DNA of 64,000 bases from Camelus dromedarius (Eukaryota). The stretch is taken from positions 63,676,001 through 63,740,000 of the forward strand of contig NC_087437.1 of assembly GCF_036321535.1 (NCBI RefSeq). Direction: 5' to 3'. Numbering within the stretch: position 1 is the first letter of the stretch; each line of letters opens with the position of its first letter. Below the pieces are notes generated by a model. The model ran no database searches. It saw nothing but the letters and a program-made list of their open reading frames with translations, and was not told where the DNA came from. Position numbers and translations under genes: made by a program. Positions 1 through 12,772 of the stretch are shown piece after piece.

Positions 1-274
1 GTGCGCTTTGTCTCTTGAGCTATACACTCCCCTCCTCTTATCTTTAATAATCCTGACAAAAAGACAAACAGTACACCTGAGCATACTTATATTAATTTCA
101 CAGAAGGACTCTAATGTACTCTGTGTCATGATAGTCCCAAGTCTTGAAATAATTACTTTTGCTAGGGAAACCATGTTTGATCCAGACTGAGTCATGTTGC
201 CAGGCAATGTGTCAGGCAATGAGGGGGAAAAACACAAACACAAACAACTCAAACAAACCACTACCACCAAGAAA

Positions 275-790
275 ATACCCTGCTCCTTTCTTATAAACTT
301 GTAGTCTAGTGAGGGAGAGAAATCACACAAGTAAATACAGAATTACCATGGTCTATGTCATGAGAGGAAGTACATGGAGACTATGGAAAGGAGAATGATT
401 CATTCCAGTTAAGGGAAACTGATGGTGAATTTAGGTCAGGAGGAAGATAGGAATAAAGATTCTAGGTAGACACAATAACAAGTTCAAAGTCCCTGTGGTA
501 GAAAGGCTCATCACTCACTGGAAGACCTAAGATAAAGCCAGTATGCCTAGGGAGAGCATGGTGTGACTGAGACTAAAGAAGCAGGTAGGGGCAAGACCAT
601 GCACATTATTGTAGGTCCCGTTAAATATTTTATACTTTATCTTAATTGCCTTTAAAAGCCATTTAAATGTCTTAAAGGAGTGGGGAGGGGAGAGGTAGTA
701 GATATGAACAAGTTTGTATTTGGAAAAGATCACTGTGACTATACTGTAGGGAACAGGCTGGAGCTGGGCCTAAGCAACTGTAAGAAGATA
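275..790 (-). mobile_element. L2 LINE fragment (ancient)
   Basis: Degenerate L2-type motifs (ccctgct...cttgtagtctagtgaggga; gaaaagatcactgtgactatactgtag). Recognised by eye. Confidence 0.55.
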
Positions 791-1139
791 CACTGAGTTT
801 TAAATTGATTTCCAACAGACAGAGCTTCATGCATTCCTGCCTCCTACTTTCCCACTAAGTAGGTTATATTGGGGGAAAAATCATTAAACGAATGAAAGAA
901 GCTTTTAGACGGGTGATTATTTGCTTTGCAAGATGGCTCACTTCTTTATTTCCTTTGCAATTTTTTTCCCCTCTGATCAGTCTGTAATTCGAGTACACCA
1001 ACTTGCTCTTTAAAAGAAGTTAGGACAATCAGGCAACAGGATCTCTGCACAACCTGTGGGACTGTAAGGATCAGGCTCTGACCATTGTTTAGTTGCTATA
1101 CCTCAATCTCTAGATGTGTCATGACTCTAAATAGCTTCC

Positions 1140-1640
1140 CAACCCTGATGACTCTCAGATTTATATCTCTAGTCCACATTTCTTCCTGCAACCTCAGTGT
1201 CTAAATCTAGTTGTCTACTCAACCTCTCCAGCTGGATGTCTAACAGACTTCCAACTCAACAAGTGAAAAACAGACTTGCTGATTTCTGCCTTCAAAATCA
1301 CTTCTTCTACAACTCAATTATTCAAAGTTACTCATAATGTCTCTTTTACCTCTTAATCCACATCTACTATATCAACAAATCTTGCAGCTCTACCAAAGTA
1401 TGTCCAGAATTCAATTCAGTTTTCATCACCTCATTTGTAACTACCCTGGCCCAAACCACTATCACTATGGCCTGGATTACTGCAACAACTTCCTAACTGA
1501 TAACACTTTTCACCAACTAATACATATTCTTTTTATCTGGTTCCCTCTATATAACCTTTGGGAGATGGAGGATTTGTCTTTCATTTAGTGCCAAGAACCA
1601 CAAAGCAATCTCGCAGACGCTCCATAAATACTTGCTGGAA
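1140..1640 (+). mobile_element. L2 LINE fragment including 3' end
   Basis: gatgactctcagatttatatctctag...ctggatgtctaacaga...cctggattactgcaacaacttcctaactg, ending ataaatacttgctggaa; typical L2 3' region. Confidence 0.7.
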
Positions 1641-1899
1641 AGAGTATTTTATACCATCGCATGTACAGTAATTAATTTATGTTTATGAATATGTGAAAAC
1701 TGACCGTTAGGAGACTTTTACAAACCAAAATAAAAACCCTAGAACAAACCAGTGAATGGAAAGTGGGGTCAGCTGGTTGAAGCACTTTCCACAAGCTGTC
1801 CCGCTTTCCTTAAGCGGACAGGTTTTCCATATATGCCAACATCCCTCTATTTTGAGCTACTGTGGGTGGAAAGCTCGTTGGACTCTGCACCTCACCCTT

Positions 1900-3300
1900 A
1901 GCCGACAGCCTTATCACCTCATCATCGTCCTGCCTCGGCGACGGGCGAGCCCACGCGGCTTAGAGCTGGAAGACGCTCTTGGGCACCTCCAAGCCCTCAC
2001 AGACGACACTGGCTCCTAGGCCAAACGTGCGACTTTCATCGTATAGGTAAGGGGCAAACTTGTTGACCTTCACTGTACGAATAACTTAAAGTCAAAAGGC
2101 AAAAGTAATAAACCTGCGGCGACTGAACCGTCAACCTGGCTACTACTTCAGAATCTACCAGTTAAGACGAGCAACTCCCCCCAGCCTCTGGGGATGATGG
2201 GAAACGAAATCAGCGTCTATTGCCCCGACCCAAAATGGCAGGTTATTCGAACCGCGTGTATAGAGGTGAAGATACTGCCACTGGGAGAAGTGACGATAAG
2301 AAAGGAGAATGAAAGCAACATTTTCTTAATCCAACAGAGAGGCGGCAATTATACGAGAGAGAGTAACCAGGGAGGGCGAAGTAAAAACAGCCGGCCTGGC
2401 GAGGGCAGCCAAAGGCGACATTGACCTAATCCAAGATGGAGTGAGAGGTTATTATCGGCAGCGCAAAGAAGGCGGTGATTACCCTGATCCAAGATGGCGG
2501 CGGCAACTGAGGCGAGCGGAGGGGCAAAGAGCGCCGCGAGAGTCTTTGCCCTCCTCCAAAATGGCGGCCGACGTGTGTACTGTCCCTGGCTCCGCCCCGC
2601 GGCCTCGGCCCCGCCTCCCCCTCGTCCCTCCCTCCACCGCCCTGCAGTGCCCAGTCCGCGCGGTGGTGCTCGCGCGAGGAGACTGGCCTCACGGCACTTG
2701 ACATGGCGGCAGCGGCGGCGACTGCAGCGACGAAGGGGAATGGGGGCGGCGGGGGCCGGGCTGGAGCCGGCGAAGCTAGCGGCTCGCGGAAGAAGAAGGG
2801 TCCGGGGCCTCTGGCCACGGCGTACCTGGTCATCTACAATGTGGTGATGACCGCGGGGTGAGGCTGGGGCCCGGGAAGGGGGGGATAGAGCTTGGCCGGG
2901 GAGGGGGCTCTGCGGCCGGCGGAGCGGCCCGGAGTAGTCCGCCGCGCGCAGTGCAGCCCCGGCGGCGGGTGTCCGGGCCCCGGCACCTGGGCGCTGAGGG
3001 CAACCGAGGCGGAATCTTCCCGGTGCCTGCCCGGAACTCTCTCCTGGGCCGGGGGTCGAGCAAGTTCCCCGGCACCGGGTGTGCCCCGAGCTGGAGTTCC
3101 GCGGCTCCAAGAGGGATTGGGGAAGGCTCCCCAGGTGCTGGTCTGGAGGGCCTTAAGAGGACAGGTGGGCTAGCCACAGGGCCAGGTCTGGAGGGCGGTG
3201 TGCAGGGCGATCCTGCAGCGCAGAGAGCCCAGGCGGCAAGTCACGAATAGCGAGGTCTTCCCCGCAAAGGGAGTGGAGGGACCGTTGGCTGCAGAGTGAC
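1900..3300. promoter_or_regulatory. CpG island / HACD2 promoter with GC boxes and clustered YY1-type motifs
   Basis: Sharp rise in GC and CpG density spanning exon 1. GC box CTCCGCCCC near 2590. CAAGATGGCGGC 2490-2501 and CAAAATGGCGGC 2557-2568. No TATA box seen. Boundaries approximate. Confidence 0.9.
2703..2857 (+). CDS. HACD2: HACD2 coding exon 1 (155 nt, phase-2 end)
   Basis: ATG at 2703 translates [52 protein letters not shown], which matches the HACD2/PTPLB N-terminus as I recall it. Donor GG|GTGAGG at 2858. Missed by the ORF track because read-through stops at once (GGG TGA). Confidence 0.97.
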
Positions 3301-4091
3301 CATTTATTGAGGCGGCTGTTTTCAAAATCCAGGCTGAGCTTTAATGTGAGAGGTAATGGAAACGCATTCAAAGTTTTTGCCCAGTGGCATGAGCAGGCGC
3401 GTGCTTTAGAGGAGTTTATAGACTTTTTAGGATGGATTGGGGTGGGGAAAACACTGCAGGTGGAAGGCAGAGTAACTGGGGAGGAGGGGAATAGACCCTG
3501 GAAACGGATTTTACCCCCACTTGTTTCTCTCTCATTTCATTCCATTCCTTGTCACAGTGAGTTTTTAGTTCTAGTTGTGACACGAACTAGCTGTGTGATC
3601 TTGGATAAATCATTTTATTTCTCTGGGCCTCCATTTTTTTCACCTGTAGAAACTAGAGTTGAGCCAGGTGATCTCCAAAGTTCTTCCAGTTTTTGATCCC
3701 GTAATTTTTGGTGACGAAGATCACAGGATCAGACTATTTGTTATGTCTTTTTAAATTGTATTGTAAAAGTTTTTTCTTAACATTTTATTATGAAAAAATT
3801 CAAACAAAAATTTAAAGAACTGTATAATGAACATCTAGTTTTATTTACTTATTTTTTAAATAGGCAGTACATTGTCCAGGTGCAAAATCCAAAATATATT
3901 CAAGGGTGTACAATGAAAAAAATACTCCCTTTTACCTTCCGTTCCACCCAGAATTCCTCGAACTGGAAGGCAGATAATTTTGTGTATATTTCAGATACTA
4001 ATACAAGCAAATATGTGTATACATCACCACCACCACCCTTTTAAAAATACAAATACTAATGTCATATTAGCATTTCAGCACCTTTTTTCAT

Positions 4092-4116
4092 ACACACACA
4101 CACACACACATACACA
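4092..4116 (+). repeat. (CA)n microsatellite
   Basis: acacacacacacacacacatacaca seen directly. Confidence 0.85.
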
Positions 4117-5529
4117 AAAACATATCTTGAGAGGATCATAGGCTTTATTGCTAGTATTAGAAATAGCCAGTACTGAAACCTAGGCTCCAGGAAGTTGTAA
4201 CTTACTTGACTTGCTTGAGGTCAAAGAACCAGTTAGTATTTCTGGATCTAGAACCTATTTCTCTTGACTCACAGGCCAATGAAGAAATATTAGAGATGCA
4301 AATTTTCTTGATCAGCGGAACGATCGCAGTATAATTTTAAAAGAATATTCAGGAGTGTGTATCTGTTTGTATATTTATAAATAAAATTCTCGTCATCTTA
4401 GCAAGGGCATTGATGAGAGAGCATTGTAATGGAGAGGGATTTTCAGGTACATTAGGGAAGAGGAAAAGAAGTCTTCATTTCTGAGCCATGAACATAGAGA
4501 ATGGGGTGGAGGGTAAGGAGTGGTGTCTTAAATCAGGAAGAGAAGTTGGGGTTGTGAGAATAAAGTAAGCTTTTTTTTCGAGGCTGCTAATGCTGGACCA
4601 GTTACACCATTAAGGAATTAATTTCTTCTTTTACAAACTCTTGCTTGTTTCTAGAAATAACAGAGACCACATACCTCATTGCCTAGTTAAGATTGTACAT
4701 ATAAATAAATCTATTACCACCTTCAAGGAGACATACCTTAATAAAGGTCTATTTTTTCATTATGGAACCTAACAAATAAAAAGTTCCATAATGAACTTTT
4801 TCCATAATGAAATTTCTCAGGAAATTGATTTTGAAGGACAGTAGAATAGAAAAATTTTGAAGGACAGTGGAACAGAAATGTAACGTTCTGAGCCATATGC
4901 TTAAGTGCTTCCCTGTTTTGTGTTTTATATTGATCTTTCTTTATATCAGTCTTTCTTTACTGAATTGATTTTGGGAAACTCAGCTAAAAATAAAACCTCG
5001 TATTCTTTTAAAAAAAAAGTATTTGTATGTCATTTGCAATCTTTTAAAATAATAGATTTTAAAGTATGGGTATGTTTCAGTGAGATTCTTGTATAAATAG
5101 TTTAAAACATCTTCCTTCCACCCTGTTGTTATTACAGACTCTTTTAACTGCACAGGGTGTTTAAAATTTTCCCTGAGTGGTATTTTTCTCTTGTCTTGGA
5201 CTTTCTGGCACCTGATTTAGCTGTTCAAGGACCTAATTTAGCTTATTCCCTTCCTCTGGCCTTGTTCTCAACAGGCAAATTTGCCAAAAGGCTGAGCTCC
5301 AGATGGGTGAGGTGCCACTGTACTTTTGCAGAAAGCACTCTTGGCAGGGTGCTGTTGGTGGTGCAACATTTCTGTGCATTACATACAGTTGGCACTTGAA
5401 AGTAGTAGTTGATAAATCTAGGGCACTGATTCTTGAGGTCACCTTTAGCAGTATCTGTCATTGCCATATCTTTATATTATAATCCTACTTAACCTTTTTT
5501 TTTTTTTTCCTGATTGCTCTTTTTCTTAG

Positions 5530-5647
5530 GTGGCTCGTTATAGCCGTTGGTCTGGTCAGAGCATACCTGGCTAAGGGTAGCTATCATAGCCTTTATTATT
5601 CCATTGAAAAGCCTTTGAAATTCTTCCAAACTGGAGCCTTATTGGAG
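5530..5647 (+). CDS. HACD2: HACD2 coding exon 2 (118 nt)
   Basis: Polypyrimidine tract plus TTAG acceptor (AG 5528-5529). Encodes (G)[39 protein letters not shown] in frame with exon 1. Donor GAG|GTGGGT. Confidence 0.97.
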
Positions 5648-6136
5648 GTGGGTCCTGAGATTTGTTGTTGATTTCTTTTGTTGTCAAATGAAAAACCAGC
5701 TACCAAATTATATTGAAGTAGCCATGTTTCTGTTGGATTTGCTTTAAATGTTGAAGAGTTGCCTCAGCATGCTATGCATAATGTTGATACTTAGTTTATG
5801 TTTTCGACATTCTAGATAAAGTAAAATTTCATTTAATTTATGTTACCTGGAATATATTTTACATTCAACTTTCATTGGAAATCAAATGAAACAAGTTTAT
5901 GTTAGGTTTAAAAAAAAATTCTAAGGACATCCTAGGAAAGTGTTAGCAAACTCAGATACTCTCAGGAGCCAGGCATATAATGGAAACAGTGAAGTTGGTC
6001 AGTGTAGGATGTCAGGAGTGATAGGTATAAGAAACAGTACAGGCTGTCTAGAAGTCTCCAAAAAATATTTTAAGTGATGGTTTATTAATTTCTCTGTATT
6101 AAGGGTAATGTATATATCTAGTCCTGATTAAACATA

Positions 6137-6600
6137 TGTTAGGATTTTTGAGTTACAAGTGATGGAAACCCAATTCAAGTTATTTTAAGCAAAAATAAGA
6201 AATTTACTCGCTTCTGTAGTTGCTAAAGATACAGGGTTAGCTCACAAAATCAAAGGAACCAGCTCAGGAATGAGAACCAAAGATTGGACATTGCTGCACT
6301 CTCTTTCCTTCCCTCATCTCTGCTCAGTTTCTATTTGATTATTGGTCTTAGGTTCTCCTGCTGCAGATTGCCTTCTCCACATGGTGGGAAACCGAGAGAG
6401 AGTTTATTTTTCTCATCTGTGTCACACTTCTAGGGAAGGATTCTGATTGGCCTTATTTAAACCAACCACTCTTAACAGTGACGTGAGATACTTGATTAGT
6501 CAGGCTTAGGACACATGCCCGTCCTCTGGCCAAGGGATTGTAGACTTTGTTAATGGAAAAGGGGGATGGGATAGCTTTGGGCACACACAACAGCTGCCAA
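6137..6600 (-). mobile_element. MaLR LTR (MLT1-like), degenerate
   Basis: tgttaggatttttgagttacaagtgatggaaacccaattcaagt...ttaagcaaaaataagaaattta and tctgattggcc motifs typical of old MLT1 LTRs. A related copy lies at ~8670-9200. Confidence 0.5.
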
Positions 6601-7322
6601 GTTCATTGTGGTGAAAGATCTTCAGGTTGCATAGAGATCTGGTATTCAGTTTCATTTCGTTTAGCCTCTAGGCCAAGCCTGTTGGAACATTCAGAAGGAT
6701 ATTTAAGAAATATCTCCATGAAATAAGATGTATTACCTCAACTTGTCACCCTCATGTCTGAAAGCAGAAAGTTGTAATTTTTGATTTGTTTCTCTCAGAG
6801 AGCAGAGAGATTTCAATACTGTCCATACTTGTACATTTAAGGTAGATGGTATGATGAAATGAGCTTCCAGCTGGAGTCTGAGTGTCCTTGTTCTAAGCAT
6901 GCTGATTTTACCAACTTACTTTGTGAATTTGGGCAACTCTTGTCCACCTCATTTTCTCATTAGTAAAATAATTAGACTAAAGTAGATCTGTAAAGTCCCT
7001 TTCTGCCCTAACAGTTTGAATTTGAGGAAACTTTAGCAAATTCTAGTGTGGGCCATATTTTAAACTGAGGCTTAAATTTTTTTTTTGGAAAGGGGCATTA
7101 GTACATAAGTAGCACTTGTCTCTTAGAGCTTTGGTCTCATAGTTCTCTCAAGCTACAGAGATGCAAGTTAGGGGTCAAAACCATCAGAAATGGCCTCAGT
7201 GCTTGATACAGTAAAATGTTGTACCCAACTGGAATACTTCAATAATTTAATAATAATTTAAACGTGATTATGTCTCTGTAAGACTTGGTAATATTAGAGG
7301 TATAATTTTTGAAATTTAGGGA

Positions 7323-7678
7323 TATCCTTCACTTATATGTGGAATGTATTTTTTAAAAATGATACAAATGAGCTTATTTACAAACCGGAAATAGACTCAC
7401 AGACAGAAAACAAACTATGGTTACCAGAGGGTAGGGGGTCAGAGGAGGGATAAATTAGGAGTTTGGGATTAACATATATACACTACTGTGTGTAAAATAG
7501 ATAAACAAGGACCTACTGTATAGCACCAGGAACTATATTCAATATATTGTAATAAGCTTTAATGGAAAAGAATCTGAAAAAGAATATATATATGCATATA
7601 CATAACTGACCCACTTTGCTGTACACCTGAAACTAATAGAACATTGTAAATCAACTATACTTCAATAAAAATAAATAA
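7323..7678 (+). mobile_element. L1 3' end (5'-truncated)
   Basis: cacttatatgtggaat...gacctactgtatagcac...tgtacacctgaaactaa...ttgtaaatcaactatacttcaataaaa; artiodactyl-type L1 3'UTR with A-rich tail. Confidence 0.85.
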
Positions 7679-9380
7679 TTTTTTTTAAAGTAATGATACC
7701 TTAGGGAAGGTAGTGACATATAGTGTGATACCGTATCCACTTGGGAACTAAGTCTCAGACTTGGAAGGATTAGTCTGTTTATCCCTGTAGAATTTTTGAT
7801 AGGAATTTAAGAAAATATTTTGGAGTTTTGGTTTTATCTTTGTTATCCCCATTAAGAACCAATTAGGTGACAAATCCTGGATTTGATTTTGGGAAAAGGA
7901 CTCCACAAAATGAATGATGACTCCCAGGAATCTGCTGGGAATTAGCTTTGCAGATGGCAGTGATGGTAGTAGAGCTCTCAACCTGGAACAAGAGAGCAGA
8001 CTCACTAGAACTGCATTTCCTAAGCTGTCCGTTAAGGAATTGCCTACCCAACCTGCATGGTGTAATAATTACATGTGCTTAGTGTTGTTTAATTACAGGT
8101 AGGTTATCCTTATGGGAATTATTAGTGCTTGACAGTATATCCTGTTTATAGGAGGAAAAAAATGAGTCCAGGGAGGTCAGCTATTCATATCTCTGTATGA
8201 ATATTCTGAATAATAATCTGTATGAGTATTCTTTAGAAGGTTCTGTGGAGTTTGCTGAAAAAGGAAGTAGAGATTACTAGTTTTCAAGAAACTTCATATC
8301 CTCTTAGGAAAATATAACACTTCTGCTTTTTCAAAAATTTAAGAATGTTTACTAAGCAAATGTGAATGAGCATGTAGTAGTGTAATACAGAAAAACAATT
8401 TAGTTTCTGAGGAAATTAAATGATTTTTTATAAAACAGGTATAAAGATATATTGTTTGTGATAAAATAATTTAGCTTTTTAATAAAATAGACAGAAATCC
8501 TAATTCCACCCCCCATACTCATCCAAGAATGTCTTGAGTATTTTTTATAGGTAATTTTTCAAAATATTCCACAGGTGATCATTAAGTATGTGTTTGAGTC
8601 GCTGTAATGGGTGCTGTGGCGGTTGAGCCCTCACTAATAAAGACATTAAAATCTTACTGGGTAGATGATTATATTAGGGTCCTTGCATGGAGATTATAGA
8701 AACCTTCTTAACTGACTTAAACTGTAAGGGGAATTGACTATAAGTTATAGTATGTCCAATGGAATCCAGGGCAGGGATGCAGCTGGGCCTTAGGAATGGC
8801 CTGGAGCACCAAAGGGATCCCAGGAGCTCTTGCATTGTCTCTTGTCTTTGCTGTCCTCTTTCTTTGTCTGTGATCAGAGTTCTTTCTCTCTACTAGCTCC
8901 TCTTTCTCTGATTCCTCTCTTCTTGCAGACTGGTTTTTTGGTTTCTTAGTCTACATGGCAGACAATGGTAACAGAAAACTCCTGAGATTATTTCTGCTGT
9001 CAAGAGAGCAGCTAATTAAAAACAATCTTTTATTTTCATTTCCATATTCTGGATGAAGGGCCTAATTTGTCTAGTTTGAATCAGGTGCTTATTCCTGGAC
9101 CAGTCACCTATGGACAAGAGCAGATCACATTAACCATAGAGAAGTTAGAGAGAAGAGAAAAGTGGAGCTAGGCAGGAAGCCCACGAAATATTTACCAAAG
9201 TACAGGGACACAGTACAGTGAAGATGATAATGTATGCAATGATTTGTAAATTGATAGAAAGTAAAATACTTATAACTTTGTGGGCCAAGAGATCAGTGTG
9301 TGAATACATACAGTGTGTCTTGAGTTGAATCTTGAGTAATCCTGAGAGCTAATTAACATAGCTAGCAAAAACATATTTTA

Positions 9381-9784
9381 AAATGCCATTCATAAATAAA
9401 TAAAATAATCTTCATACCATAAAATGAATAAATTACTGGTACTTGTTATAACATGGATGAATCTTTAAAACATGCTTTGTGAAAGAAGCCAGAAACAAAA
9501 AGCCACATGTTGTTTGATTCCATTTATATGAAATGTCCAGAATAGGCAAATTCATAGAGATAGTAGATTAATGGTTACAATGGGTTGTAGGGAGGAGAGA
9601 ATGGGGAGTGACTGCCAATGGGTACAGGATTTATTTTTAAGGTGATGAAAATATTCTTGAGTTAGATGGTGGTATAATTGCACAACCTTGGGAACATAAT
9701 TAAAAATCACTGAATTATACACTTTAAATAGGTGAATTTTCTGATGTGTGAATTATATCTCAATTTTTTTTAAATGCCATTCAT
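9381..9784 (+). mobile_element. Old L1 (L1MB-like) 3' end with 13-bp TSD
   Basis: acatggatgaatctt...gattccatttatatgaaatgtccagaataggcaaattcatagaga...gaattatatctcaa, flanked by AAATGCCATTCAT at 9381-9393 and 9772-9784. Confidence 0.8.
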
Positions 9785-11839
9785 CTGTAATGAGCTATGG
9801 GTAAGATTTCTTTTTAGTTCATTCTTTTTTTTTGGATCCATGATATTCATGGATAAGGACAGACTATCTTTCTAGCTTTGTTAGAGGTGAGGTGAAGATT
9901 AGAAGTTAGTGGATTGATGCCATTTTATGGCACTTTAAAATTATTTCTAAGAGAATTTGGATTTCTAAATATATTTAGTTAACATAAGACTGTGATTATA
10001 GCAAAGACACTTTCAAATACTCGTAAGTGGATGTGCCTCTGTCATTGACAGTGAGGATTCCAATAGGTTAAGTATGGCTCTGCGAAGTCATTAATTGTTG
10101 AGACTGATACAAACCATCTTCAACCTATGTACATTGCTCTATGTATCATTTTCCTGCCAGTGTCCATCTTTGAATGGCTAATGGACCACAGGCACTCCCT
10201 TTCCGTCTCATCTCTTCCAGGTATTTCTAATGCTTGGAACTCTCTCATTTACAGAAAGAAGGAAAAAACAGATTTCACTTGTTATCTTTTCCTAGAGTTG
10301 ATTTAGGGCTGGATCTGAAACAGCAGATCTGGTTCTGGAGAAGTGGTGAAGGAGAGGAGACAGCTTTTGTCGTTTCCTAAGCCCAATCCCTATATTCTGG
10401 TCTAACTCATCATGCCTCACCTCACAACTCTCTTCAGGTCCTTTAATGAAATATTTAGGAAACTGAGTTTGGATGTTTTCTAAAATATAGCAAACTGTTG
10501 AGAACCTGTAATGTCCTTAAGAAGAGGGTTCCCATCTCGTCTCCCTGCCAGGTTTTGTCTTTTTACCTCAATTACTGGATGATTTTTTTCCACATAGATA
10601 CTAGGTGGTTGGGCTCTGTGGCGTTATTAATACAGTTATACACTTTAGGCACATTATATGGTAAGTTTGCTTTTCTAAACTCTTCTGGGGACATAAGTAT
10701 CATCTGTAATATTTTTCCTCCTTGGGAAAACATGCTGATTTCTCAATAATAATAATTTTTAAAAGGAGCTCCTGAACACAAGCTGTATGCTCATTTTAGA
10801 CTACCTTTATTCTGAGGACTTGTTTGGAGAAAACACACCTCTAAAAGAGACTTCTGGAAAGCTAGCAGAGCGAGTTATAGTGGGGTTACCTAACACAAAC
10901 AGGAATGACAACAAACCCTGACAAACCAGCTTCAGAAAACCAGAGGGAAATAGAACTTAGGTATAGTTAATGAGTGTCACAACATGAGAACAGAAGAGGG
11001 AGACTGTGGAAAACAGGAGTCCACCCACACAGGCCTCACTGCTTGACAACTCAGGCAAATAGAAGCAAATTGATATGGTATTCAGAGAAGACAGGTAACG
11101 CTGTAGAAAGGAACGTGCTGAAATTTAAAAAAAAGAACTGAAAATATCAATAGTGGCCGTTCAGGGCAGGAAGGAGACCACAATGCAGAGAAATAGGTGA
11201 TACATATTGAAGGGTCAAGAAAGGCAGGAGTTCTCAGTTACAGTCTGAGAGCAGAATCCGTCGGAACTGTTCATAGTGTACCCTTTGAATGTAAAACAGG
11301 ACATTACAAAATAGGTAGTGCCAAGCATATCAAAGATATTATGTGTTGAGGGACTAGCTAATGCATGAGTGACTGTCCAGCAGAAAAGCAAAATACACAG
11401 GGAGAGTAGTGAAACTTGACAGAGTAGTAGTAGAGTAGAACCAAGAAATCTAGAAAACAGATTGAAGTATACAGCCTGTCAAAAAGTAAGGCTACCAGAA
11501 GTGGAGAAGATTGAAACGCATAACTCAGAACAGTCAGGCAAAATTCTAGAAAACTCTTCTGAACTGAAAGCCCATCTCAGTGTGGTTATTGGGAGTATAT
11601 GAAGTCCCACACAGGATCTGTTTTTCAAGAAACAGATCCTTCCTTTCCTGGACACTTATTTGTTAAATTTTTAAATTTAAAAGGTATGTGAGCCAGCAGA
11701 AAAAATAAAATCTTAAAATATAATAGTAAAATAACTTGGAACCTTAGACTTTGAAAAATAAAAAAATTCACATGAAGCTAGGAAAAAGCATCAGATTCCT
11801 GAATAATAGACCATGCGGTTTCCTACAGATGGAGACTTT

Positions 11840-12487
11840 TTTAAAAAAATTGAAGTATAGTTGATAAACAATGTTGTGTTAGTTTATGGTGTACAGCATA
11901 GTGATTCAGTTACATGTATATATATTCTTTTTCATATTTTTATTATAGGCTATTAGAAGCTATTGAATATTTTCTCCTGTGTTATGCAGTAGAACCTTGT
12001 TTATTTTGTATATAGTAGTTTGTATCTGTTAATCCCATACTCCCAGTTTATCCCTCTCCCTCCCTTCCCCTTTGGTAACCATAAGTTTGTTTTCTATGTC
12101 TGTGAGTCTGTTTCTGTTTTGTAAATAAGTTCATTTGTGTCATTTTTTTAGATTCCACATAATAAGTGATATCATATGGTATTTGTCTTTCTCTGTCTGA
12201 CTTACTTCACTTAATGTGGTGATCTCTAGGTTCATCCATGTTGCTGCAAATGGCATTGTTTCATTCTTCTTTGTGGCTGAGTAGTATTCCATTGTGTATA
12301 TATACCATAGCTTCTTTATCCAGTCATCTGTCGATGGACATTTAGGTTGCTTCCACATCATGGCTGTTGTAAATAGTGCTGCTTTGAACATTGGGGTGCA
12401 TGTATATTTTCAAGTTGGAGTTTTCTCCAGATATATGCCCAGGAGTGGGGTTGCTGGATCATACGGTAACTCTATTTTTAGTTTTTC
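11840..12487 (-). mobile_element. L1 3' end with ORF2 C-terminal remnant
   Basis: Minus-strand ORF 12140-12391 (FKAALFTTAMMWKQPKCPSTDDWIKKLWYIYTMEYYSA) is the L1 ORF2p C-terminus, followed by 3'UTR. Confidence 0.9.
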
Positions 12488-12602
12488 ATATGGTTAGAAA
12501 CATTTTGAAAATACCTACAAAAAGTAATAGAACTTTGAAAGAACATTAGCAAGGGATTTTTCACTGTTGTATAAGTAAATAAAATTAATCAGGTCTTTAG
12601 AC

Positions 12603-12772
12603 TAGCACTATCCAGTAGAACTTTCTGCAATGATCATGTTCCAAATCTGTGCTGTCTGATACAGTAGCCGCTAGTCACATGTGGCTGTTGAGCTGAGTTG
12701 TTAGTTTTATTTGTTTTTAACTTAAATTTAAATGGGCACATGTGGCCAGTAACCACTGCATTGATAGCAAAG
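12603..12772 (+). mobile_element. MER3-like hAT-Charlie DNA transposon (MITE)
   Basis: tagaactttctgcaatgat...tctgtgctgtctgatacagtagccgctagtcacatgtggctgttgagc...cacatgtggccagtaaccactgcattg matches the MER3 consensus as recalled, with its internal palindromic symmetry. Confidence 0.75.

Noticed and set aside
1913..1922. SRE-like ATCACCTCAT upstream of a lipid-synthesis gene
   Set aside because: Imperfect match, and the same 10-mer occurs inside an L2 remnant near 1424; no independent support.
2349..3250. Long ORFs on both strands (253, 135, 130 and 115 aa)
   Set aside because: Stop-poor GC-rich CpG island giving Pro/Arg/Gly/Ala-rich translations with no recognisable domain.
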